Shown here: in pieces, positions 8,548-18,162 of the stretch
Position numbering within the stretch: the first letter of the stretch is position 1
Layout of the letters: each line of letters begins with the position of its first letter
DNA from: Promethearchaeota archaeon
GTDB taxonomy: Archaea; Asgardarchaeota; Lokiarchaeia; Sigyniarchaeales; SOKP01
Direction of reading: 5' to 3'
Length of the DNA: 39,705 nucleotides
NCBI GenBank assembly: GCA_048941015.1
Contig: JBHLNZ010000029.1
Coordinates: 1 to 39,705 of the forward strand
Made by a program: the position numbers and the translations under genes
Notes under the pieces: model-generated
The model's database searches: none
The model's input: only the letters and a program-made list of their open reading frames with translations
Told to the model about the DNA's origin: nothing

Positions 8548-9357
8548 CTACTTAGTATCCCATTCAAACTCAGTTCTCAGTTTTTGAATATAATCGTCTT
8601 GATTCTCATATTCATACCATACTGAACCTAATTTCTCTATTTTATAACCCTCAGCAAAGGTTTTGTCAAGTAAATGATTACTGCATAATTTAATTGCATT
8701 TAATACCGTTTGGTTTTTTGTAAATAAGAATCTCGCTTTATTCATAGACTCTTCTATTAAATCTTCTTTAGTATTAACAAGCTGATCGATAAGACCAATT
8801 TCTAAAGCTTTTTCAGAATAAATTTTCTCACTGAACATTAACATTTTTTTAGTCCATGGGATTCCTATTATCTTTGAAAATAAAAGTACACATCCAGTGC
8901 CGGGAAAAATTCCAGAATTTATTTCAGGCATTTGGAAAAAGCTTTCTTTTGTTGCTATTCGATAATCACAACATGTTAAAAATACAACACCTTCTCCGAG
9001 TGTTCGGCCATTAATTGCACAGATGGCAGGTTTACCATTATATAATAATTTACAAATCGATGCTGCTGTACTTTCAAGATACTTTACTGCTTTATGATCA
9101 CTTCCATCGATTTCTCCTAAGTCTATACCCGTACTGAACGAATTGCCATTATTTGTTAAGATCAAACCTCTAATCTTTTCTGCTTTTTGACAATAATCTA
9201 CAGCTTCTTTTAGATTTAATAGTAGTTCAATTGTAAAAGCATTTGACCTTTGAATTCTATTGAGAGTTATTATACCAAATCTTTTTTTAATTGAAAATTC
9301 TATATTCTCTCCAAAATCTAAATTACGTGATGACATAATTATTTTATTAATTATCAA
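8548..9357 (-). CDS. Enoyl-CoA hydratase/isomerase (crotonase) family protein
   Basis: FSTGIDL, KPAICAING, CDYRIA, QMPEINSGIFPG; likely start ATG 9336. Confidence 0.88.
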   Translation of the reverse strand: MIINKIIMSSRNLDFGENIEFSIKKRFGIITLNRIQRSNAFTIELLLNLKEAVDYCQKAEKIRGLILTNNGNSFSTGIDLGEIDGSDHKAVKYLESTAASICKLLYNGKPAICAINGRTLGEGVVFLTCCDYRIATKESFFQMPEINSGIFPGTGCVLLFSKIIGIPWTKKMLMFSEKIYSEKALEIGLIDQLVNTKEDLIEESMNKARFLFTKNQTVLNAIKLCSNHLLDKTFAEGYKIEKLGSVWYEYENQDDYIQKLRTEFEWDTK

Positions 9358-9447
9358 AAAAATAAAGTCTATCTAAAACAAAGGAATTCATTATTTAATT
9401 TTTGGTTAATAAATAAAAAATAATAATATAATTTATAAATTGAAAAT

Positions 9448-11529
9448 GTGGTTAAACTGCTTAGAAAAAAAGATTTACAAATATCTCCCAATCTGAAAAA
9501 GACTTTTAATTCAATAAACCAGCATTTATATGGTAAATCAAAATACTTAGATACCGATACGCGAACTCGCGCTAAGGAGATTATTAATTTATTATTATGT
9601 AAGTTAGTTGATGAAATAAATAAGGAACCTGATGATTTTTTGGATTTTATTATTCAGGAAGGGGAATCCGAAGAAGAATTACTTAAGAGACTTCAAAATT
9701 TCTTCAATGAAAATGTTAAGAGAAAATATCAATATATAATTGCTAATAATGAACAAATTAGTCTTAATAAGGAATTAGTATATTTGATAGTAAAAGAATT
9801 ACATAAAATATCCTTACTAGAGTCCTCAAAAGATATTCTAAGCGATGCCTTTGAAATATTTGTAAGTAAAGTTTTAAAAGAGGAAGGAGGGCAATTCTTT
9901 ACACCTCCCAACATCATAAAGTTTATGGTAAATTATTTAGATCCAGAAATAAATGCCAAAATACTTGATCCAGCCTGTGGACATGGAGGTTTTTTATTAG
10001 AAGCTAAAGATTTACTATTAAAGGAAATTTTTAACGATAAAAGATTCCCAGATAATCAGATCGAAAAAAATAGTATTGAAATAATTTCTAACTTATATGG
10101 TATTGACAAGGATTTGTTTCTAGCTAGAATAGCAAAATTATATTTAGATATATTAAGTGGAGGAAAATCTAATATTTTTTGTGAAGATTCATTGGATTAT
10201 AGTAATTATCGTGGTAAAACTAAACAGATTATTAAAGATAATAGTTTTGATTATGTTTTAACTAATCCACCATTTGGGGCTAAAATCCCTATAAACGATA
10301 AATCTCTATTAAAAAATTATGAATTAGGTTATGTTTGGAAAAACTTAAATAATGATTCTTGGGAAAAAACAGAAAAGCTTGTAAAACAACAACCACCTCA
10401 GGTATTATTTATTGAAAGATGTGTTCAATTTCTTAAAAATGGTGGAAAGCTTGGAATAGTTCTACCTGATGGCATATTTGGGAATCCAACAGATAGATAT
10501 ATCTGGGAATTTTTAGAAAGAAAGGGTAAAATTCTAGGGATTGTTTCCTTAGATCAAAATACTTTTCAACCCTACACTTGTAATAAAACTAGCATCTTAT
10601 TTTTTCAAAAACTAAACGAAATACCGTCTGATTATCATATTGATTTTGCTATTGTAGATAACGTTGGTCATGATAAAGATGGAAAAGAATTATTTGTTTT
10701 AAACAAGGATGGAAGTAAAAAATTAGATACCAATGGTATTCCTATAATCAATGATGAATTAGTCAACCTAAGTCAAAAAATTAGAGAATCTGGAAATTTT
10801 GATTACTTTAAAGAACAAAAAATTTTCAAAATTAAGTTATCTCAAATAAAAAATAAAATATTTATACCTAATTACTATACCGGTGTTGAAAAAACTTTAA
10901 AAAAATTATCTACGGATAAAAATTACTTATTAAAATCTATTAAGGATCTAATTATTGAAAAAATAATTTACACAAAAAATAATGGATATCTTCCTCGGGG
11001 AGATGAAATTGGTTCTCAAGTCTATGGCTTAGGCGATATTCCTTTTATTCGTACTAGTGAATTAAATAATTGGGAAGTCAATTTGAATTCTAACAAAAAA
11101 ACTTCGGAAGAAGTCTATGAACAATACAAGGAAAAACAAAATATTGAAGCAGGTGATATTCTTTTAGTAAAGGATGGGGGGCCAAATTTAATAGGTAAAA
11201 CAGCCTATATAACCGAATTAGATACTAAAATAATCATCCAAAGTCATATCTATCAAATTAAAGTCCTTCAAAATGAATTAAGCATTGATCCATATCTGAT
11301 TTTATATTTATTAAATTTAGATATAGTTCAAAGGCAAATACAAGCCATAACTTTTATTCAGGGAACTATAGCTACCATTGGAAATAGGATAATGGAGATA
11401 ATGCTACCTATTCCATCAAAGATTGATAAAAGAAAAGAAATTTCAAATTATATAAAAAATATTATTGAAAATAAAATAGAAACTAGAAAAAAAATTCAAA
11501 AATTATCATTAGATTTTTTTCTTGAATAA
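9448..11529 (+). CDS. N6-adenine DNA methyltransferase (HsdM-like) fused to a C-terminal HsdS-like target recognition domain
   Basis: GQFFTP, motif I ILDPACGHGGFL, motif IV TNPPF, GIVLPDG; C-terminal 'IPFIRTSEL...GDILLVKDG...IGKTA...IMLPIP' typical of HsdS TRDs. Confidence 0.88.
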   Translation: MVKLLRKKDLQISPNLKKTFNSINQHLYGKSKYLDTDTRTRAKEIINLLLCKLVDEINKEPDDFLDFIIQEGESEEELLKRLQNFFNENVKRKYQYIIANNEQISLNKELVYLIVKELHKISLLESSKDILSDAFEIFVSKVLKEEGGQFFTPPNIIKFMVNYLDPEINAKILDPACGHGGFLLEAKDLLLKEIFNDKRFPDNQIEKNSIEIISNLYGIDKDLFLARIAKLYLDILSGGKSNIFCEDSLDYSNYRGKTKQIIKDNSFDYVLTNPPFGAKIPINDKSLLKNYELGYVWKNLNNDSWEKTEKLVKQQPPQVLFIERCVQFLKNGGKLGIVLPDGIFGNPTDRYIWEFLERKGKILGIVSLDQNTFQPYTCNKTSILFFQKLNEIPSDYHIDFAIVDNVGHDKDGKELFVLNKDGSKKLDTNGIPIINDELVNLSQKIRESGNFDYFKEQKIFKIKLSQIKNKIFIPNYYTGVEKTLKKLSTDKNYLLKSIKDLIIEKIIYTKNNGYLPRGDEIGSQVYGLGDIPFIRTSELNNWEVNLNSNKKTSEEVYEQYKEKQNIEAGDILLVKDGGPNLIGKTAYITELDTKIIIQSHIYQIKVLQNELSIDPYLILYLLNLDIVQRQIQAITFIQGTIATIGNRIMEIMLPIPSKIDKRKEISNYIKNIIENKIETRKKIQKLSLDFFLE

Positions 11530-11571
11530 AATAATTAAAACCTAATTTTACAAACAAGAGAATTGAATTAA

Positions 11572-12009
11572 ATGGAAATTGAAAAGTTTTCTATGAATTA
11601 TTATAATGACGTTATCAATCTTTGGAGAAACGCAGGAATTTCGATTGGTTCTTCAGATACTTTCGAAGAAGTGAAGATAATGTTCAATAGAAATCCGGAA
11701 CTTTTTTTGATAGGAAAATCAAAAAATCGTGTGATTGCTGTAGTTATGGGGGCTTTTGATGGAAGACGTGGATATGTTCATCATCTTGCTGTTGATCCAA
11801 AATACCAAAAGAAAGGTTATGGAAAAAACATAATGGATGAATTGATGAAAAAATTCCGTAAGATGGGAGTTCATAAGGTCCATTTATTTATTGAAAAATA
11901 TAATAAAAAAACAGTTAGTTTCTACTTGAAATTAGGATGGGAAATACGAGACGATTTAATTATGATGAGTATTGTACCGAATAAAAATCTCTATAAAAGA
12001 GAAATATAA
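11572..12009 (+). CDS. GNAT acetyltransferase, YpeA-like
   Basis: MGAFDGRRGYVHHLAVDPKYQKKGYG, FYLKLGW. Confidence 0.88.
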   Translation: MEIEKFSMNYYNDVINLWRNAGISIGSSDTFEEVKIMFNRNPELFLIGKSKNRVIAVVMGAFDGRRGYVHHLAVDPKYQKKGYGKNIMDELMKKFRKMGVHKVHLFIEKYNKKTVSFYLKLGWEIRDDLIMMSIVPNKNLYKREI

Positions 12010-12045
12010 AGCAGATTAAACGTATATAAAAAGAAAAAAATTGGT

Positions 12046-13545
12046 TTAATTTTTTATAATTTTAAACTTCTTTTTTGATAATAGGACAATAGCTATACCT
12101 AAAATTGTTGTAAAACAAAGCACTCCAATATAATAACCTGGAATTGCACTTGTTGGAGTAAAGTATGCGGTAAAAACAGGATCATGGATTAATCTCCCAC
12201 CTCTATATGCTCCGTATTCAGGATAACAAGTTAAAAAGAATGCTGCCATATTTTCCGGATCAGTTTCATTATAAGCCTCTTCCATAGGAATTCCAAATGT
12301 GAATTGATTAGTTTGATTTATTACATAACCGCAAACTAGCCTTCCAAACTCACCAACTAAATCTGTCATCCCTGAAACAAAATCAATGAACTCTGCATCA
12401 GTCGCTACATCCATAGTTTGATATGAAACGTTATGTGTATGAAAAGTGGTCTCTGTTGCATTAGCTATTTCATACTGAGGCTTTCGACTAAATTTAAAAT
12501 CAAATGCAGGCACCCCGTCTAGGGTAGTCAAAACTTCATTAAGGCCAGTTGTATGATTTTCTCTTGAAATTGTTCCAAACGGAGTACTTAATGCCCAATC
12601 TTGATCTGCATATATAAAGCTCCATGTTCCAAGACATAACGAGTAATTGTCACCAATCCAATGGTCATCATAAGCTGCCATAGCCCATGGATCACTTTGG
12701 TCATCTCTGTAAGCCATTGCTCCAATTTCACCTAATTCATAATCTTGGTAAAGTGTAGCCTCTCCAGCCGATAAATCAATATCAAGTGTATAATCATAAT
12801 TGAAATAAGTAACATTACCAATGTGATGGGAACCCTCAGCATAAGTACCTGGATCACTATAATTAAATCCCCATTCAAATTGATCAATTAATGTTCTATT
12901 TATTTGTGGAACATAGAAGATTATATCCTCATAATTATAACCCCAAGTATATGTGACAGTAGAACCGCTAGCACTCCTCTGAAGTGGAGTAGCTGTAGTT
13001 GCAGGATTAGAAAAAATACTTGCATTTCTTACTCCTTCAGTTTGTGCTCCCATAAAAAAGAAGGGGCTCACTTCTTCACCTATATCCATATCATAATATC
13101 CATTATCGTTTTCATCTTCAAATACAAACCATGCGGTGTGCATCGCTGCAACCCATATTTCAGATCCAAATAAATAGGCATGTTGCCACCACATTTGTGC
13201 TGGGGTTGTATAAATAACTTCTTCTCCAGTATCGTAATCAATCATCGTTTTATTCATAAAAGCAAGCATACCCATTTCAAAATTCCCTTCTTTCATCCAT
13301 TTGGCATTCCATGTATTATTTAGCCAAGAAATCATTGGATCGATATCTTCATGATCCCAGTTAGAGTTATTAAAAACCATAACGTCCCAGTAATTTTCGC
13401 TAAAATCATGGCCTTCAAACAAGTCTTCTGGAGTTGGAGGACCATCTTGAGCGATCACAATAGTAGAATATACTCCAAAAATTAATAGTGTCATTAATAG
13501 TAATGTGCTGATAAAACAAATACTGTATCTTTTCATCTTTTTCAC
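12046..13545 (-). CDS. Secreted acidic cell-surface protein with a C-terminal IPGY-TM-basic (Loki-CTERM-like) sorting signal
   Basis: Basic-hydrophobic signal peptide; C-terminus AIPGYYIGVLCFTTILGIAIVLLSKKKFK; 13 N-x-S/T sequons counted. Confidence 0.8.
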   Translation of the reverse strand: MKKMKRYSICFISTLLLMTLLIFGVYSTIVIAQDGPPTPEDLFEGHDFSENYWDVMVFNNSNWDHEDIDPMISWLNNTWNAKWMKEGNFEMGMLAFMNKTMIDYDTGEEVIYTTPAQMWWQHAYLFGSEIWVAAMHTAWFVFEDENDNGYYDMDIGEEVSPFFFMGAQTEGVRNASIFSNPATTATPLQRSASGSTVTYTWGYNYEDIIFYVPQINRTLIDQFEWGFNYSDPGTYAEGSHHIGNVTYFNYDYTLDIDLSAGEATLYQDYELGEIGAMAYRDDQSDPWAMAAYDDHWIGDNYSLCLGTWSFIYADQDWALSTPFGTISRENHTTGLNEVLTTLDGVPAFDFKFSRKPQYEIANATETTFHTHNVSYQTMDVATDAEFIDFVSGMTDLVGEFGRLVCGYVINQTNQFTFGIPMEEAYNETDPENMAAFFLTCYPEYGAYRGGRLIHDPVFTAYFTPTSAIPGYYIGVLCFTTILGIAIVLLSKKKFKIIKN

Positions 13546-13665
13546 AATATATTCATTTTATTAGATTATCTTCAAACTAATAGTCACTTATCTATTTAAA
13601 TTTATCTCGTGGTCATATTCATCATTTATTAAAAAATCGTAGGTATAATTGAGAGAAAATAAATT

Positions 13666-13944
13666 TTAAATAACGCGATTTGAATTTTTAGCTTTTTTTT
13701 TATTTTCTATGATTATTAATTTTATGGCGTTATTAGGACATCTATGGTAGCATACTGAACATCCCCCACAAACATAATTAGAAACCACAGTGATAGCTTT
13801 TCCGTTTTCGTTGAATTCTCTAATATCGAGAGGACAATATTTTATACATGTTCCACAAGATTTACATTTAGATAATATTGTCGATGCTTTATACGTAATA
13901 CTTGACAATTCTTGAATTTTTTTAAGTAAATTTGGGGTTGTCAT
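13666..13944 (-). CDS. 2x[4Fe-4S] ferredoxin
   Basis: CKSCGTCIKYCP and CGGCSVCYHRCP. Confidence 0.85.
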   Translation of the reverse strand: MTTPNLLKKIQELSSITYKASTILSKCKSCGTCIKYCPLDIREFNENGKAITVVSNYVCGGCSVCYHRCPNNAIKLIIIENKKKAKNSNRVI

Positions 13945-14047
13945 TTTTCTAGAAAATAATCATCAAACTGACTAAAAATAACTACGTCAAGAAATTCATT
14001 ATTATTCAAAAATAATTTGAAAAAAAAGAAATGAGGAGGAAATTTAA

Positions 14048-15070
14048 TTACGAAATTTTAGAGCATAAATTTTTTAAGATTTTCTCGGCTTCTTTGGTGA
14101 AGCCTGCAACAATATCGTCTACATCCATCATAGAGTCAATTAATCCGCAAGTTTGTCCTACTGGTATCGCTCCATTTTCAACATCACCTTTAGTATACAC
14201 AATTTCATATGCTTGTAGATCCTTTAAATACTCATCCATTTCATAAGCATGTTCTTGAGCAATCTTCTGCTCTTTTGTCATAATTTCTCCATGTTCTAAA
14301 GCATATTTATTTTTTAACAATCTAATAGGACCGAACCCTCCTGTTGTTAATATTGTATCTCGAGAAGTTGCGGGGGGTATTAGAGCTTTATAGTTGGGAT
14401 GGAATTCACTTTGATTAGAAGCTATAAATCGTGTTCCCATGGCAACAGCATCGGCTCCCATTGCTAATCCTGCTGCTACACCTTCTGGACTTGCGAAACC
14501 ACCGCAGGCAATCAATGGTTTTTCAGGATATTTTCGAGCTACCTCTTGAACAAGTACTAAAGTTGAAATTCCTTCATAGCTTTGATGGCCTCCTCCTTCA
14601 GTTCCAGTTGCAACGATTCCATCGCAACCTGCAGCAACAACTTTATCAACTAACCAAAGAGCAGGAGCTACGTGGAAATGGTTAATATTTGGAGCCCTTT
14701 CTTTTAAAATCTTACTAGCTGGCCGAGATCCTCCTGCACTAGTTAATATATATACTAATTGTTCCTTTAACTTTGGATTTTCATTGCACCATTCAGTAAT
14801 TTTCTTTAACATTCTCTTATTATCAGTTTGAATTCGAGCTGTTCGAATATTTACTCCAAAAGGCTTATCAGTATGTTCAATTACATATTCCAATTGTTGT
14901 TTCATATCTTCTACTGAATTTTTACCACGTAAAGTTGCATGACTAACAACACCAAGTCCACCTGCTTCTGAAACTGCTACTGATAGCTCAGTTGTATAAA
15001 ATGGACCCATTGGAGCACTTAGAATGGGATATTTAATTCCAAATAGTTCAGTTATTCTTGTTTTTATCAT
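14048..15070 (-). CDS. Nitronate monooxygenase / FabK-like FMN-dependent oxidoreductase
   Basis: YPILSAPM, AVSEAGGLG, KPFGVN, GTEGGGH, ACGG, MGTRF. Confidence 0.88.
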   Translation of the reverse strand: MIKTRITELFGIKYPILSAPMGPFYTTELSVAVSEAGGLGVVSHATLRGKNSVEDMKQQLEYVIEHTDKPFGVNIRTARIQTDNKRMLKKITEWCNENPKLKEQLVYILTSAGGSRPASKILKERAPNINHFHVAPALWLVDKVVAAGCDGIVATGTEGGGHQSYEGISTLVLVQEVARKYPEKPLIACGGFASPEGVAAGLAMGADAVAMGTRFIASNQSEFHPNYKALIPPATSRDTILTTGGFGPIRLLKNKYALEHGEIMTKEQKIAQEHAYEMDEYLKDLQAYEIVYTKGDVENGAIPVGQTCGLIDSMMDVDDIVAGFTKEAEKILKNLCSKIS

Positions 15071-15206
15071 TTTTTAACCTTTAGGATTTAATATTATACT
15101 TGAGTAATTTTTATCTTTGAAACTAAAAAAGCTTTCTTTATTATTATTAAATTATTATAAAAGAAATGAGTAATAGTTGATTCAATTTAAATTAGGGAAA
15201 ATTTAA

Positions 15207-16067
15207 ATGGAAAATCGTATTTTTGGAAAAGTTGGAGTAAAAGTCTCAATAATCGCAATGGGAGGTTGTGGAATTGGCTATGCAGAACAAGAAGAAGCTG
15301 ATAATGCAATAAAAATCGCAATGGATTATGGAATTAATATGATAGACGTTGCACCAACTTATGGTAATGCAGAATTAAGGCTTAAACCGTGGATACAGAA
15401 ATATAGAGATCATTTTTTCTTAGCTGAAAAAACACTTAAACGTACAAAAAAAGGAGCCTGGAGGCAACTTAACCGGTCTTTAGAACGGCTTGGTACAAAC
15501 TATTTTGATTTATATCAATTTCATGCAGTCTCATCTATAGATGAATTACATCAGATACTTGGAGAAAATGGAGCAATGGAATCATTTAAAGAAGCGAAAG
15601 AAACAGGTCTGATAAAACATATCGGTATAACAGCTCATCATGATGTAAGAGTTCTTAAGAAAGCTCTTGAAATTTCTGATGAATTTGAAACAATCTTATT
15701 ACCAGTCTATGTTGCAGCAGCTGTAAATCCGAATTCTGTAAATGATTATAAAGTTATCCTTAAATTAGCTCGTGATAAAAATATTGGTGTTACGGCTATT
15801 AAAGCTATTTCTAAAGGGAGATGGTCAAAAGAACCTGATTATAGTACTTGGTATGAACCTCTTACCAAACAAGAGCTAATCGATCAAGCAGTGTGGTTCA
15901 CTTTATCTCAAGATGGAGTTACTACATACTCGTTACCTTGCGATCTGAAGTTATGGCCTTTGGTATTAGATGCTGCAAAACGTTTTCAGAAACTAGGCGA
16001 AGAAAGACAAAAAAAGATAGTTAATATAGCTAAAAATAGTGGATTCAAGCCTTTATTTCCCGAATAG
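15207..16067 (+). CDS. Aldo/keto reductase
   Basis: IDVAPTYGNAE, AEK, SLERLGTNYFDLYQFH, KHIGIT. Confidence 0.9.
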   Translation: MENRIFGKVGVKVSIIAMGGCGIGYAEQEEADNAIKIAMDYGINMIDVAPTYGNAELRLKPWIQKYRDHFFLAEKTLKRTKKGAWRQLNRSLERLGTNYFDLYQFHAVSSIDELHQILGENGAMESFKEAKETGLIKHIGITAHHDVRVLKKALEISDEFETILLPVYVAAAVNPNSVNDYKVILKLARDKNIGVTAIKAISKGRWSKEPDYSTWYEPLTKQELIDQAVWFTLSQDGVTTYSLPCDLKLWPLVLDAAKRFQKLGEERQKKIVNIAKNSGFKPLFPE

Positions 16068-16094
16068 ATTATAAGTCTAAACTACTTATAAAAA

Positions 16095-17246
16095 TTGAGA
16101 AAGGATATGCGTTTAAAAGAAATAATATTGAATACTTTTTCTCATAAAAAAATTGAAAAAATTGCATTCAGTCCAAGAATCTATTATTGGTATTTAGTAA
16201 ATAAATTATTTATGAAGTATAGATCTAATAAAAATTCTCCAGATAATATCCCCCCTAAGTATTTAAATAAAAGTCAGTTAGAAATCTACGAGATTTTAAA
16301 CGCATGCCCACGTTATTGTTTTGAAACACTTTATATAAATTTACTAGAATCAAAACTGAAACCAGATTCAGAAATTAGAATTAAAACTCTACGTGGTCAA
16401 AAAAGAGATGAATTAATTCAAATATTTAACACTCCTATAGGAAACCTAAAACAGGTAAGCGCAGTTGGTGGCGGTCTTGGAGAGCATCTTATTGAATATC
16501 CAATAAAAACTATAGATGATTTAAAAATCATGAGATATGTCTTAGAAAACACCGAAATATCATTTTCAGATAAAAATTATAAAAAAGCAGAGCAACTCTT
16601 TGGGGACAGGGGAGTCGTAAGCACCTATACCCTGCATTCACCATATCAAAAACTCATCATAGAGTATATGGGTTTTTCGCGAGCAATTCTTTTTCTTAAA
16701 CGATATAAGAATCAAATTGAAGAATTTATTAGTTTTTTAGAAAAATGGGACGACCAAATGTATAAATCACTTTCTAATTCTCCATTAAAAATTATAAATT
16801 TTGGTGAAAACATTGATGCAAACCTCAGTCCTCCTCCCTATTTCGAGAAATATCTTTTTCCTTATTATGAAAAAAGGATTAATCAATTGAAAAAATCAAA
16901 TAAATTTTGTCATATTCATATTGATGGTTCTCTTAAAGATTTACTTCCTTATCTCTCCCAATTACCTTTTGACGGATATGAGGCTCTAACAGCTCAACCA
17001 CAGGGAGATGTTTCTTTAGAAGAAATAAAACATGCAATAGGTAATAAAGTTTTATTAGATGGAATCCCGTCCATATTATTCTTACCTGAATACTCTAATA
17101 ATTACTTGGAAAAATATACAATAAAGGTTTTAGAACTTTTTTCTCCTAATTTAATTATAGGTATTTCAGATGAATTAAGCCCTAATGGGGATATTAAGAA
17201 AATTGAGATGGTTTCAAAAATAGTAGAAAAATTTAATCCCAGTTAA
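16095..17246 (+). CDS. Uroporphyrinogen decarboxylase/cobalamin-dependent methyltransferase (URO-D) superfamily protein
   Basis: TPIGNL, EYPIKTIDD, GENID, SPPYFEKY, HIHIDG, ISDEL; alternative ATG at 16107. Confidence 0.7.
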   Translation: MRKDMRLKEIILNTFSHKKIEKIAFSPRIYYWYLVNKLFMKYRSNKNSPDNIPPKYLNKSQLEIYEILNACPRYCFETLYINLLESKLKPDSEIRIKTLRGQKRDELIQIFNTPIGNLKQVSAVGGGLGEHLIEYPIKTIDDLKIMRYVLENTEISFSDKNYKKAEQLFGDRGVVSTYTLHSPYQKLIIEYMGFSRAILFLKRYKNQIEEFISFLEKWDDQMYKSLSNSPLKIINFGENIDANLSPPPYFEKYLFPYYEKRINQLKKSNKFCHIHIDGSLKDLLPYLSQLPFDGYEALTAQPQGDVSLEEIKHAIGNKVLLDGIPSILFLPEYSNNYLEKYTIKVLELFSPNLIIGISDELSPNGDIKKIEMVSKIVEKFNPS

Positions 17247-17353
17247 ATTACCTTATAAAGAATAAAAATTATTAAATTAATTATCGTATATCTATTCAAG
17301 TCAACTCATCTTAAATGCTTATTTAAAATATTCTCCTAAATAAAGTATTAAAA

Positions 17354-18022
17354 ATGATAAAACAAGCTCCTCGAATACAAGTTGCTTTGGATCTTGAAAG
17401 TTTAGATGATGCGCTGAGTATAGCAAAACAGGTTGCTCCTTATATTGATATCTTAGAAGCAGGAACACCTTTAATTAAATCTGAAGGTATACATGCTGTT
17501 CGAATGCTGAAAAAAGCCCATCCAAATAAACTAGTATGTGCAGATTTAAAAACCGCCGATGCTGGTTATCTAGAAGTTCGAATGGCTGCTAGAGCTAAAG
17601 CTGATATCGTTACTATACTAGCTGATGCTTATCATATCACAATCGAAGAATCATTGCGGGCAGCTCATGAATTTCATGTAGAAATTATGGCAGATCTTAT
17701 TATGTCTAGATTACCCTCAAAAAGATTAGCAGAAATTATTGGTGTTAATTATAAAGGTACAGAATTACATTATGCATTAGTTCATAGTGGCTTGGATCGC
17801 CAAGAATCAAGGCATTCTCCGTTATCAGAAATTGAATCTGTTGTAAATTTAAAAAATCGTCCTAGTCTAGCAATAGCAGGCGGAATTCAAGTTACAGATA
17901 TTCCTAAGTTATTAACCTATCCTTTAGACATTATTATTATAGGTGGGGCAATCACTCGCGCAAAAAATCCAAGTGATGCAGCTGAAAGAATAAGGCAAGC
18001 AATTGAAACTTCAAAAGTATGA
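17354..18022 (+). CDS. hxlA: 3-hexulose-6-phosphate synthase (OMPDC/HUMPS family)
   Basis: IQVALD, ILEAGTPLIKSEG, ADLKTADAGYLE, VHSGLD, AGGI, GGAIT. Confidence 0.8.
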   Translation: MIKQAPRIQVALDLESLDDALSIAKQVAPYIDILEAGTPLIKSEGIHAVRMLKKAHPNKLVCADLKTADAGYLEVRMAARAKADIVTILADAYHITIEESLRAAHEFHVEIMADLIMSRLPSKRLAEIIGVNYKGTELHYALVHSGLDRQESRHSPLSEIESVVNLKNRPSLAIAGGIQVTDIPKLLTYPLDIIIIGGAITRAKNPSDAAERIRQAIETSKV

Positions 18023-18162
18023 AAAAATTGTAATTTTTATTCTATTCATGATATTTATGTTCCAATAACAACAAAATATTTTCTTTTAATAATTAAATAA
18101 AATAAAATCTAATCATTAATTATTCCATTAAAATAAAGTAAAAATGTAAAAGAGGCCAAATT

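Noticed and set aside
9448-11529. Defence island or mobile element around the methyltransferase
   Set aside because: Flanks are a crotonase and a GNAT; no terminal repeats or other defence genes.
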